From contig CAWEZX010000003.1 of assembly GCA_963813555.1 (NCBI GenBank), forward strand, positions 7,882 through 71,881: DNA of 64,000 bases, in the 5' to 3' direction. A model generated the notes under the pieces. The model was not told the DNA's origin, made no database searches, and worked only from the letters and a program-made list of their open reading frames with translations. This stretch comes from an uncultured Alphaproteobacteria bacterium. GTDB lineage: Bacteria; Pseudomonadota; Alphaproteobacteria; Rhizobiales; Beijerinckiaceae. Positions 1 through 9,468 of the stretch are shown here, piece by piece. The position numbers were made by a program, and so were the translations under genes. How positions within the stretch are numbered: position 1 is the first letter of the stretch; every line of letters starts with the position of its first letter.

Positions 1-2
1 GC

Positions 3-575
3 AGGGCGCCGGTCGTGCTGAGCCAGGAGGAGGTGGCGCGGCTGCTCGAAGCCGCCCCCAGCGTGAAGTACAAGGCCGCGCTGAGCGTCGCCTACGGCGC
101 GGGCCTCAGGGTGTCCGAGGTCGCGAACCTGAAGGTGTCGGACATCGACAGCCAGCGCATGACGCTCAGGGTCGAGCAGGGCAAGGGACAGCGGGATCGC
201 TATGTCATGCTAGCGCCGCAACTGCTCGAGCTCTTGCGCGAATGGTGGCATGCGGCGCGACCGCCGGTCTGGCTCTTTCCCGGTCAGAACCCGATCAATC
301 AGATCACTCCCCGTCAGCTCAACCGCGCCGTCACCGCCGCCAAAGACCTGGCCGGAATCTCCAAGCGCATCTCGCCGCATACCCTTCGGCACAGCTTCGC
401 CACCCATCTGCTCGAGCAGGGCGTCGATATTCGCGTGATTCAGGTGTTGCTCGGGCACGCGAAACTCGAGACGACCGCGCTCTACACCCGCGTCGCCGTC
501 AACACGGTCCGCGACATCAAGAGTCCGCTGGAGCGGCTGGGCGTCAGCCTGACGAAGCGAACACGGCCCGGCTGA
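3..575 (+). CDS. Tyrosine recombinase (phage-integrase family), 5' end outside window; partner gene of IS91-like element
   Basis: Frame open to the left edge; motifs GLRVSE, HTLRHSFATHLLE, LGH and TALY of Tyr recombinases. Confidence 0.93.
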   Translation, partial: RAPVVLSQEEVARLLEAAPSVKYKAALSVAYGAGLRVSEVANLKVSDIDSQRMTLRVEQGKGQRDRYVMLAPQLLELLREWWHAARPPVWLFPGQNPINQITPRQLNRAVTAAKDLAGISKRISPHTLRHSFATHLLEQGVDIRVIQVLLGHAKLETTALYTRVAVNTVRDIKSPLERLGVSLTKRTRPG

Positions 576-585
576 CCACGGCCGC

Positions 586-1794
586 GTGGCGCGGCCCCCT
601 CTCGAGGTCGCCGACGTCTTTCGCGCCCACGGGGCGGCGTGGCGAAAGGCCAACGCCGGTCACCTGAGCCTCGGCCAGCTGAAGGTCATGTCGGCGATCG
701 AGACCTGTCGCACCGCCGCGCTCGGCGGACACGTCGAGCGCTGCGAGGACTGCGCGCACGAACGGATCGCCTACAATTCCTGCCGCAATCGCCACTGCCC
801 GAAGTGCCAAGCCGCCGCGGCGCGGAAGTGGCTCGAAGACCGCGAGGCCGAGCTCCTGCCGGTTCCCTACTATCACGTCGTCTTCACCCTGCCGGCGTCG
901 ATCGGCGCCATCGCGTTCCACAACAAGGCCGCCGTCTACGACCTCCTGTTCCGCACCGCCGCCGAGACGCTCACCACCATCGCCGCCGATCCCAAGCATC
1001 TCGGCGCGCGCATCGGCCTCACCGCCGTGCTCCACACCTGGGGCTCGGCGCTCACCCACCATCCGCACGTCCACGTCATCGTGCCCGGCGGCGGCCTGTC
1101 GCCGGACGGGTCGCATTGGATCGCCTGCAAGCCCGGCTTCTTCCTGCCCGTGCGTGTGCTGTCGCGTCTGTTCCGCCGCCTCTTCCTCGACGGGATCGCC
1201 GCCCTGTATGCGGCCGGACGCCTCGCCTTCCTCGGCGACCTCGCCCCGCTCGCCGACAAGCGCGCCTTCGACGCCGCGCTCGCGCCCCTGCGCCATTCGG
1301 AATGGGTCGTCTACGCCAAGCGGCCGTTCGCCGGGACGCAGGCCGTGCTCGCCTACCTGTCGCGCTACACCCATCGCGTCGCGATCTCGAACTCCCGGCT
1401 CATCGCGCTCGACGAGAAGGTCGTCTCCTTCAAGTGGAAGGACTACCGGATCAAAGGCCGCGACCGGATGAAGACCATGACGCTCGACGCCGCCGAGTTC
1501 ATCCGCCGCTTTCTCCTGCACGTTCTGCCCAGCGGCTTCCACCGCATCCGACATTACGGCCTGTTCGCCGGCGCGGTTCGAGCGAATAACATCGAGCGCG
1601 CCCAACAATTGCTCGCCCCGTCCAAGACCTCAGCCGAGAGCGCGCCCGCCGGCGCCGACAGCGACGCCGAACCAGATTCGTCCTTCCGCTGCTGCCCGTG
1701 CTGCGGCGGCCGGATGATCGTCGTCGAGACCTTCGAAGGCCCGCGCCCTGCGCGCCCGCCACCACCCACCCGGATCAGGATCGACACCTCATGA
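586..1794 (+). CDS. IS91-like Y2 HUH transposase with N-terminal zinc-binding domain
   Basis: CxxC..SCRNRHCPKC zinc domain, HPHVH HUH motif, YLSRY Y2 motif, HRIRHYG. Confidence 0.93.
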   Translation: MARPPLEVADVFRAHGAAWRKANAGHLSLGQLKVMSAIETCRTAALGGHVERCEDCAHERIAYNSCRNRHCPKCQAAAARKWLEDREAELLPVPYYHVVFTLPASIGAIAFHNKAAVYDLLFRTAAETLTTIAADPKHLGARIGLTAVLHTWGSALTHHPHVHVIVPGGGLSPDGSHWIACKPGFFLPVRVLSRLFRRLFLDGIAALYAAGRLAFLGDLAPLADKRAFDAALAPLRHSEWVVYAKRPFAGTQAVLAYLSRYTHRVAISNSRLIALDEKVVSFKWKDYRIKGRDRMKTMTLDAAEFIRRFLLHVLPSGFHRIRHYGLFAGAVRANNIERAQQLLAPSKTSAESAPAGADSDAEPDSSFRCCPCCGGRMIVVETFEGPRPARPPPPTRIRIDTS

Positions 1795-2312
1795 TGATCA
1801 ACGCCGCGCATCCTGCTTCGCAACGTCGATCGGTTTCGCGTCCAGCCGCGCGCTGGAGCACGAGAGCGCTGACCTCGCGCGGTCGCCAATCCTCCTTCGA
1901 CCGACGCCAACGCCTCGCTCCCGCGCATCGTCGCCTTGGAAAACGTCCGCCGTCGCCGCTTCCGCTGAAAACACCCAACGTTGTCGGCTGCCGACGCCTC
2001 GCTCGACAGCCGTCCGCGACCCTCAAATCCCCATAGGCGCGCTCGCCAAACGGCCCCCTTCCTCCCCGCGGTTTCCTCCTTGGGAGGCTTTCGGACGCCG
2101 GCCCCCAATTCCGCACGACCGTCCGCAAGGGGCCGGCGCCCGAAACCCTTCACCTGAGTGCCCGTTCGTGGCCGGGTTCCGGTAACGGACGGAAAGCGCC
2201 TTAGAGCGGTCGGCTGTCGCTCCAACCTCGACGATGAGGTATTGCGCGGCGTCGATCTTGAAGTCTACCTCGTAGCGGGGAATGCTAGTGCCATTTCCCT
2301 TCTGCCTGCCTC

Positions 2313-3938
2313 TCAAATCGCCTCGGCGACCATTTCGATCGCGCCGCACGGGCATTCTTCGGCGCAGAGGCCGCAGCCCTTACAATAGTCGTAGTCGAAC
2401 TTGAACCTTTTGCCGGGCCCGATCTTGATGACCGCATTGTCGGGGCAGACGCCGTAACAATTGTCGCATTCGAAGCAATTGCCGCAAGAGAGGCAACGGC
2501 GCGCCTCGTAGAGGGCGTTAGTCTCGTCGAGGCCGCCGACCACCTCCTCGAAATTCTCGACCCTGCGCACGGCCTCGAGCACCGGTCGCACCGTCGCCGG
2601 CGCGTCCTCATAGTACCAGGCGTTGAGGCGGTCGAAGCTCGCGAGCGCATGCTTGCGAGGGGCGAGGTAAGTTTCACCGCGCAGATAGGCGTCGACGCAG
2701 CGCGCCGCCTTCTTGCCGTGGCCGACCGCGACCGTCACCGTGCGTTCGGAGGGGGCCATGTCGCCGCCGGCGAACACCCCCGCGCGGCCGGTCATCATGT
2801 CCGGCCCGACCTTGACCACGCCGCTCTCGATCGCGATTCCGGGCGCATGCTGAAGGAGCGAGAGATCGACGTCCTGGCCGAGCGCCAGCACCAGCGAATC
2901 GGCTTCCAGCCTCTCGAACTCGCCGGTCGGCTGCGGGAAGCCGGTCGCGTCGAGCTTCATCTTTTCGATTGTCATCGAGCCGCCGTCGACCGACTTGATG
3001 GTCGAGAGCCATTTCATCGACACGCCTTCCTGCAGCGCCTCCTCAAGCTCGAAATCATGCGCCGGCATTCTCTCGCGCGTGCGGCGATAGACGATGATCG
3101 CTTCGTCCGCGCCGAGGCGCCGGGCGGTGCGCGCGGCGTCGAGCGCGGTGTTGCCGCCGCCGTAGATGACGACCTTGCGGCCCAGCAGCGGCGGCGCCTC
3201 GCCTTCCATCGAGCGAAGCAAGCTCACGGCGTCGAGGATCTTCGCCGCCCCGCCGGCCGGAATATAGGCGCGCCTGGCGATATGCGCGCCGACGGCGAGA
3301 AAGGCGGCGTCGTAGCGGCCATCGCGCATCGCGGATTCGATGTCGTCGACCTTGGCCTCGAGGATGAGCTCGACGCCTATGTGGGTTATGCGCTCGACCT
3401 CGGCGTCGAGCACGTCGCGCGGCAGGCGGTACTTCGGGATTCCGAAACGCATCATGCCGCCGGCCAACGGGCCAGCCTCGCGGATCGTCACGCGATGACC
3501 CAGACGGCGCAGGTGATACGCGGCGGAGAGGCCCGCCGGCCCCGCGCCGACGACCAGCACGCGCCTGCCGGTCTCCGTCTTCGGCTGGTCGAACGCCCAG
3601 CCCCTGTCGATCGCGACGTCGCCGAGGAACCGCTCGACCGAATTGACGCCGACCGGTGCGTCGATCTGGGCGCGGTTGCACGCGGTTTCGCACGGATGGT
3701 AGCAGACGCGCCCCATGACCGCGGGCAACGGGTTGTCCTGGGTCAGCGCGCGCCACGCGGTCTCGTAATCGCCCTCCTCGGCGTGGCTCAGCCAGCCCTG
3801 AATGTCCTCGCCGGCCGGGCAGGCGGTGTTGCAGGGCGGCAGCCGGTCGACATAAATGGGCCGCTGGGTGCGCCACGACCCGGTCAGGTTGAGCTTGCTC
3901 GTGCCGACGTCGAGCGCGATCGCGTAGGGGTGCTTCAT
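2313..3938 (-). CDS. GltD-like FAD/NAD(P) oxidoreductase fused to C-terminal 2x[4Fe-4S] (PorD-like) domain
   Basis: PCNTACP, GRVCYHPCE, GAGPAGL, GGGNTA, C-terminal CLSCGNCFECDNC and CKGCGLCAEECP. Confidence 0.9.
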   Translation of the reverse strand: MKHPYAIALDVGTSKLNLTGSWRTQRPIYVDRLPPCNTACPAGEDIQGWLSHAEEGDYETAWRALTQDNPLPAVMGRVCYHPCETACNRAQIDAPVGVNSVERFLGDVAIDRGWAFDQPKTETGRRVLVVGAGPAGLSAAYHLRRLGHRVTIREAGPLAGGMMRFGIPKYRLPRDVLDAEVERITHIGVELILEAKVDDIESAMRDGRYDAAFLAVGAHIARRAYIPAGGAAKILDAVSLLRSMEGEAPPLLGRKVVIYGGGNTALDAARTARRLGADEAIIVYRRTRERMPAHDFELEEALQEGVSMKWLSTIKSVDGGSMTIEKMKLDATGFPQPTGEFERLEADSLVLALGQDVDLSLLQHAPGIAIESGVVKVGPDMMTGRAGVFAGGDMAPSERTVTVAVGHGKKAARCVDAYLRGETYLAPRKHALASFDRLNAWYYEDAPATVRPVLEAVRRVENFEEVVGGLDETNALYEARRCLSCGNCFECDNCYGVCPDNAVIKIGPGKRFKFDYDYCKGCGLCAEECPCGAIEMVAEAI

Positions 3939-3939
3939 C

Positions 3940-4938
3940 TTACGCCGCCTGCTCCAGGAGCCCGTAGTCCTCGATGTGGCGGTCGGCGACCGCCTGCAGT
4001 CTGGCCACCCGCGGGTCCTCTTTCCCGTCGCGGAAGAGATGCGCGAATCGGCGCTGCAGCATCAGATATTCAACCACCGGCGTCTGGCGGCGGATCTTGC
4101 GCACGCTGGTGACATAGCCGTTCTCCGCCTCGAATATCGGAAAGAGACCGGTTTCGATCGCGAGCCTGGCGAGCTTGATCGTGTGCTCAGGCGCCGCGCC
4201 CCAGCCGAGTGGGCAAGGGACGTTGATCTGGATGTAGCGCGCGCCGTGAAAGCTCATCGCCTTCAGGACTTTGGCCTCGAGGTCGTGCAGGTCGGCGACG
4301 CTCGCCGTCGCGACGTAAGGGATATCGTGCGCCACCGCGATCTTGGGCGTGAACTTGCCGGTCCCGAACACGTTTCCAGGCTCCTTGCCGAGGGCCGGGG
4401 TGGTGGCGGTGCGCGCCGCCGGCGGCGTTGCGGAAGACCGCTGCACGCCGGTGTTCATGTAGCCCTCGTTGTCGTAGCAGATGTAGAGAACATCGTCGTT
4501 GCGCTCGAACATGCCCGAGAGACAGCCGAAACCGATATCGGTCGTGCCGCCGTCGCCGCCTTGGGCGACGACGCGCGTTTCGCTTCTGCCAGTGACGCGC
4601 ATCGCCGCCGCGACGCCGGTCGCGACCGCCGCCGCGTTGCCGAACAGCGAATGCATCCACGGAATTTGCCACGATGTTTCCGGATAGGGCGTCGTGAACA
4701 CTTCGAGGCAACCGGTCGCGTTGACGGCGATGAGGTTGCGGCTCGTGGCGCGCATCGCCGCATCGATCGCGTAGCGCGCGCCGAGCGCCTCGCCGCAGCC
4801 TTGGCAGGCGCGATGGCCCGAGGTCAGCGAGTTGGAGCGATCGCGGCTCGCCTGGACGTTGCGCTCGCTGTCGATGAGCCGATTGCCGACGGTCAGCGTA
4901 CCCTTCTGGTAGAACTTGAGCTTCTGGACCTCGTTCAT
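3940..4938 (-). CDS. porB: Pyruvate/2-oxoacid:acceptor oxidoreductase beta subunit (TPP-binding)
   Basis: ACQGCG, GGDGG...DNEGYMNTG TPP motif, PCP. Confidence 0.9.
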   Translation of the reverse strand: MNEVQKLKFYQKGTLTVGNRLIDSERNVQASRDRSNSLTSGHRACQGCGEALGARYAIDAAMRATSRNLIAVNATGCLEVFTTPYPETSWQIPWMHSLFGNAAAVATGVAAAMRVTGRSETRVVAQGGDGGTTDIGFGCLSGMFERNDDVLYICYDNEGYMNTGVQRSSATPPAARTATTPALGKEPGNVFGTGKFTPKIAVAHDIPYVATASVADLHDLEAKVLKAMSFHGARYIQINVPCPLGWGAAPEHTIKLARLAIETGLFPIFEAENGYVTSVRKIRRQTPVVEYLMLQRRFAHLFRDGKEDPRVARLQAVADRHIEDYGLLEQAA

Positions 4939-6209
4939 CGCGCGATTTCCTCGAGTTTCTTGACCCGTTCCTCTTCGACCTGCTTGAGGATGCCCTCGGC
5001 CGCCGGACCGGCGCGGCGTGTCTTGCCGCGGCGGTGGATCTCGCGCGCTGCGACGCCTTCGTTGAGGTCCAGGAAATGCGGACCGTCCCAGGGCTGGATG
5101 GCCGCCTGGCGGAAGAGCCGGTGCAGCGACGCCTTGGGAACCGGGCGGCCGCCGAGGCCCACGATCGCCGAGTGCATCGCCGGCGGATCGGGGAGCTCGC
5201 GCAGCGCAATCGCGACGTTGCTGGCGAGCGGCCCGCCCATGCCGACGTCGACCGCCTTGTCGATGACGATGACGTCTCGCGCGCGCGACAAGGCCTGGCG
5301 AAGCGCGTGGATCGGGAACGGCCGGAACGCGACGAGCGTGACGAGGCCAACGCTGAGCCCGTCGGCGCGCATCTCGTCGATCACATCCTTGATCGTGCCG
5401 TTGATCGAACCCATGGCGACGACGAGCGTCCCGGCGCCGTCGGCCGCGTAGGTCCGTAGCAATCCGCCAGCCTGGCGGCCGATGCGGCGTTCGAATTCGC
5501 GCGCCAGGGTTTCGATCAGGCCGAGCGCGGCGTGCTGCTTGAAATATTGCAGGTAGCGCACTTCGGTGAAGGCGTCCGGCCCGACCATCGCGCCGATCGA
5601 GATCGGGTCCGCCGGGTCGAGGCTTTGCATCGGTTCGTACGGCGGGAGATAGGCGTCGACAGACGCCTGATCGGGTATGTCGATGCGCTCGACGGCGTGG
5701 GTGAGGATGAAGCCGTCGACGCAGACCATGGTCGGGACCGACAGTTCTTCAGCGAGGCGGAAGGCGATGATGTGGAGATCGGCTGCTTCCTGGTTCGATT
5801 CGGCGAACAGCTGAATCCAGCCCGATTCGCGCAGCGCCATCGCGTCCGAATGGTCGTTCCAGATGTTGATCGGCGCACCGATTGCGCGATTGCCGAGCGT
5901 CATGACGATCGGCAGGCCGAGGCCGGCGGCGTTATAAACCGCCTCGGCCATGAACAGGAGGCCCTGACTGGCGGTGGCGGTGTAGGCGCGCGCGCCCGCG
6001 GACGAAGCGCCGATCGCGACGCTGAGCGCCGCGAACTCGCTCTCGACGTTGATGAACTCGCAATTGTCGAGCGCGCCTAAGCGAATGAGTTCGCCCACGC
6101 CCTCGACGATATGGGTCTGCGGCGTGATCGGATAGGCGCAGACCACTTGCGGCCGGCAGAGCGCGATCGTGCGCGCCATCGCCTTGGAGCCTTCGATCTG
6201 TTCGAACAT
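4935..6209 (-). CDS. porA: Pyruvate/2-oxoacid:acceptor oxidoreductase alpha subunit
   Basis: AYPITPQT, ESE, TATASQGL, NRA motifs; ATGA overlap with beta gene. Confidence 0.9.
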   Translation of the reverse strand: MFEQIEGSKAMARTIALCRPQVVCAYPITPQTHIVEGVGELIRLGALDNCEFINVESEFAALSVAIGASSAGARAYTATASQGLLFMAEAVYNAAGLGLPIVMTLGNRAIGAPINIWNDHSDAMALRESGWIQLFAESNQEAADLHIIAFRLAEELSVPTMVCVDGFILTHAVERIDIPDQASVDAYLPPYEPMQSLDPADPISIGAMVGPDAFTEVRYLQYFKQHAALGLIETLAREFERRIGRQAGGLLRTYAADGAGTLVVAMGSINGTIKDVIDEMRADGLSVGLVTLVAFRPFPIHALRQALSRARDVIVIDKAVDVGMGGPLASNVAIALRELPDPPAMHSAIVGLGGRPVPKASLHRLFRQAAIQPWDGPHFLDLNEGVAAREIHRRGKTRRAGPAAEGILKQVEEERVKKLEEIAR

Positions 6210-6235
6210 CGGCGGGCAACCTCTCCTTTAGATCC

Positions 6236-6805
6236 TCAGGCCGCAGCCCTGGCCGCAACCAGCGCGTGCGCCGCCTTGGCCGCCTCGACATTGTCTTCGC
6301 CAACCTTGCCCGGAAAGGCGCGCCGGATCGCCTCCAGGACGCTGTCGAGCGAGACGATTCCAACCTCCGCCGCGAAGGCGCCGAGCAGAGCGGTGTTCGG
6401 CGCGGGGCGGCCGACGAATTTCATCGCCAGCTCGGTCGCGGGCGCGGCGATCACGTGGCCCGCCGGCAGCCTGGTGACGATGGCGCCGAGATGAATGTCG
6501 GACAGGGTCCGCCCAGTGTTGACGATCAGATAGCCGTCGGCCTTCAGTCCCTCGGTCACGTCGAGCGCCTTGAACAGCGTCGGATCTTGGACGATGAGGG
6601 CGTCCGGCATCTGGACCGGCTCTCGCAGGCGGATTTCCTTGTCCGCAATGCGGCAGAAGGCGACGACCGGCGCGCCTGTCCGCTCCGACCCGAAGCTCGG
6701 AAACGCCTGCGCGTGCTTGCCTTCGAGAAAGGCGGCGACAGACAGCATCTCCGCGGCGCTGACCACGCCCTGGCCGCCTCGGCCGTGAATCCTAACCTCG
6801 AACAT
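6236..6805 (-). CDS. porC: Pyruvate/2-oxoacid:acceptor oxidoreductase gamma subunit
   Basis: MFEVRIHGRGGQG, FGSERTGAPV. Confidence 0.9.
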   Translation of the reverse strand: MFEVRIHGRGGQGVVSAAEMLSVAAFLEGKHAQAFPSFGSERTGAPVVAFCRIADKEIRLREPVQMPDALIVQDPTLFKALDVTEGLKADGYLIVNTGRTLSDIHLGAIVTRLPAGHVIAAPATELAMKFVGRPAPNTALLGAFAAEVGIVSLDSVLEAIRRAFPGKVGEDNVEAAKAAHALVAARAAA

Positions 6806-7578
6806 CCGGGCTTTCCCGCGGGACAAAGAGCGCCCCCTTTCTCACAAAAAGTTGTGCCGCCCCCGGGAGGCGAAGTCGATGAGGTCTCTCGGCTTCGCCT
6901 TCCTCAGTTACGTTAGCTTTTTCGTCGTCGAAAAAGTGACCCACAGTCCCCTCCCTAAGAACATTCAACCGTCGCCACTGAAGCGAGACTTTGGGTTAGC
7001 ATGATAGCCGCGACCGCAGATGAAGCCCGGAAGATCGGTTCAGATGAGATTGCGGGTTGGATCGCGCAAATACACGTCGCGATGACCAAAGGCCCAGAAG
7101 CGGCCCATAATAGCAAGACAGCGGCTGTCTGGTCGGGAGGACAAACCGCCACAGACCCCAGACCGTTACAGGGATCCCAATGGTCGCCTTGATGGCCTGC
7201 GCGGTCGGAGAGATTAGCCGTCATAGCTGAAATCGAAACGCTGGGGAAGAAGCGCAATGAGAGGCCCACCTTGCCGGTCACATTCTGCGACGTAGCTTCG
7301 CCGCTGACGAAAAGAATGACGTTCACAACCGGCTACGTCCCACTAGCGTCATTCCTAGGTAAAGACCGCTGTCGAATATGATCGTAGATGCCATTCGCCA
7401 ATCGGCCTTGAGTTATGTCAAAAGGATCAGAAAAAGAGGCTCTTGATCGCTCTCGTTTCGGCATTGTTTTTCGCTGTACCTGTCGGCAGGAAGCCCGAAT
7501 GTGTTGACGCAATTCAGCCTCATGTCGAGCCTCACATAAGCCGGAGGCCCTCCAGCCCTGTCCCCGCCCCAGCGATGG

Positions 7579-7738
7579 AATGACGGGTTTCGGCCGGACT
7601 CCGGTCCTTCCCGAGGCGACCGACGTAGGCGCGCTCTCCGCCCTTGAACACTTGGGTGAAAAGCGAGCCTTGCCAAAACGGCCCTTGACGTCCGGTCTCG
7701 ACGGAGCCTGGCCTCGCGAAGGCCCAAAAGCCGTCATT
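7579..7738. repeat. ~160-bp imperfect palindromic intergenic element
   Basis: Ends AATGACGGGTTTCGGCC and GGCCCAAAAGCCGTCATT are near reverse complements. Confidence 0.55.
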
Positions 7739-7930
7739 GCTTTGCGAGCACGCAGCCTTACGCCCAAACGACACGTTTGCTTTGATGTAACGTCGTTGCA
7801 GACGCCGGGCCGCGACCACGATGCGCCGTGGCCCGCTATCTCACGGCTCGATTACCGCTGCTCCGATGATCTTGCGGCTGTCCAGATCTCGATGCGCCTA
7901 CGCGATGTCTTCGAACGCATAAGCGCGGCT

Positions 7931-8404
7931 CGCGGCGTCGTAGAGCGCGTAATGATCACTCGGACGACGATCGAGATCGAGCTCGGTGAGGCGATTGCGG
8001 GAGAAGATCAGGATCGCATCCTGATGATTCCCTGGACGCCGCCATCGCCCTATCGACGCCGCGAGATCATCCTGGGCGAAGGCGATCAATCATCCACGAT
8101 GCGACCGATGAGAACCAAAGCGCGCGCGATTCTCATCGACGCGCTTCGCGACGCCCATCGGTGGCTGGACGAACTGACGAGGGATGCCGATCAAACCATC
8201 GAAGCGCTCGCTGCGCGCGAGGGCAAGACCGAGCGCTCGGTCCGCATGACTCTGTCGCTCGCCTTCCTTTCTCCGACCCTTGCGAACGCGGCGATTGACG
8301 GACGTCTGCCTCGCGGCTTTGGGGCCAAGCGCCTGATGGACCTTCCGATGGCGTGGTCGGACCAATGGTCGTCGCTCGGCCTGAAGGCGTCAGCCCAAGC
8401 TTGA
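7931..8404 (+). pseudogene. 3' fragment of large serine recombinase of a DUF3489-DUF2924 module
   Basis: ERVMITRTTIEIEL...PWTPPSP...DAHRWLDEL...LAFLSP matches the C-terminus of 18373-19890; 74 bp identical to 63927-64000. Confidence 0.85.
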
Positions 8405-8697
8405 TCGACCAAAAGCGTCTGCCTTGCCCTGATCAAGATAAAATCGCGTCAGATGCCGCCCACACTTCGCCCGACCGAACCCTCGGTCAACTCTGTCGCC
8501 GGCGCGTCCGACGGCTCCAACCTCGGCCAGGCCGACCGGCCTTTGGGAAACCGAATTTCGCGGCATGGAGACTCGAAGCGGCAACGGTGCGGTAGGAGGC
8601 CAAAAATCCCCTCAAATTGCTGCCGCAGACCGGTCTATGCCCTGCTAACGCCCGACGACGTCGCGGGATTTTAGAATCAGGGAAACCGCACCCGCTC

Positions 8698-8729
8698 GCG
8701 CCGACTTCCTGGTGGAGCTGAGGGGATTC
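8698..8729 (-). repeat. tRNA-Ala-like 3'-end att-like element terminus, copy A
   Basis: Reverse complement GAATCCCCTCAGCTCCACCAGGAAGTCGGCGC identical to 18140-18171. Confidence 0.85.
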
Positions 8730-8764
8730 AAACCGCGATGCTCTTGGCGATGCGGTCGCATCAC

Positions 8765-9073
8765 TTAGACCATGGCCGCTAATTCGGCGAGCGTCACAAA
8801 CCGAATTCCGAACGCTTGGCTCAGCCACTGACGGTTGTCAGGGTGTAGAACTGAACTTCTTCCTGCGCTTCGGCCGCGATCTTCGGTGCAAAAGAGATCA
8901 TTACCATAGCCGTAGTGGGAGGCCACGCTGTCCCCGTCCGCCCACTCCGCACACGCCTCAATTACCTGTTGGAGCTCCCCGCTGCCTTCTGCTCGCAGGA
9001 GGCCCTGGCACCAAAGCTCCGGCTCGCACACTCCGGTTCGTTCGCTGAAGCGTATCCCTCTGCCGAAGGCCGC
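8765..9073 (-). pseudogene. C-terminal fragment of a hypothetical, possibly PIN-like, protein
   Basis: EWADGDSVASHYGYGNDLFCTED has PIN-type acidic spacing; no plausible N-terminus. Confidence 0.35.
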
Positions 9074-9117
9074 CTAGCGAGAAAGGGCGGCGAGGGACGA
9101 TAGTGTGGTGCACGGAT

Positions 9118-9460
9118 GGCGGCGAGCGCAGGCGACGGACTTGGTCAGCTGATCAGAAGCAACGGATCGTTGCGGAAAGCTTTGCGCCTGGCGCGTCCGC
9201 TGCGGAGGTGGCGCGCCGCTTCGGCCTGAACGCCAACATGCTGTTCACCTGGCGCAGGCGAGAACAGCAGGCGAGCGGCGCGAGCGACGTCGGCGAGCCA
9301 GTGAACATCGTGCCGGTGAGGGTCGTGGGGGCTCCGCCGACTGCGCCCGCCAAAGCTCCCGGCTCGATGGGCCGGATGGAGATCGTGCTTGTTGGCGGCG
9401 AGCGGATCATAGTCGGGGCGGATGTTGACGCCGGCGCGCTCGCTCGCATCGTCAAGGCAG
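9118..9460 (+). pseudogene. IS66 TnpA (orfA) fragment
   Basis: RRRTWSADQKQRIVAESFAPGASAAEVARRFGLNANMLFTWRR and MEIVL..GERIIVGADVD; tnpB/tnpC absent. Confidence 0.85.
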
Positions 9461-9468
9461 AGGGCCGG

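Larger units (their letters stand above)
1..2153 (+). mobile_element. Tyr-recombinase + Y2-HUH (IS91-like) element 1, left part outside window
   Basis: Two-gene pair, then CCCATAG (2031-2037) and a 17-bp-arm hairpin (2089-2105/2129-2145) ending AACCCTTCA; same layout as element at 50-52.5 kb. Confidence 0.75.

Noticed and set aside
2649-5451. Long antisense ORFs over the por operon (and similar shadows throughout the window)
   Set aside because: Expected in high-GC DNA; the opposite strand carries the recognisable proteins
6955-7326. Possible gene upstream of porC
   Set aside because: No recognisable motif on either strand
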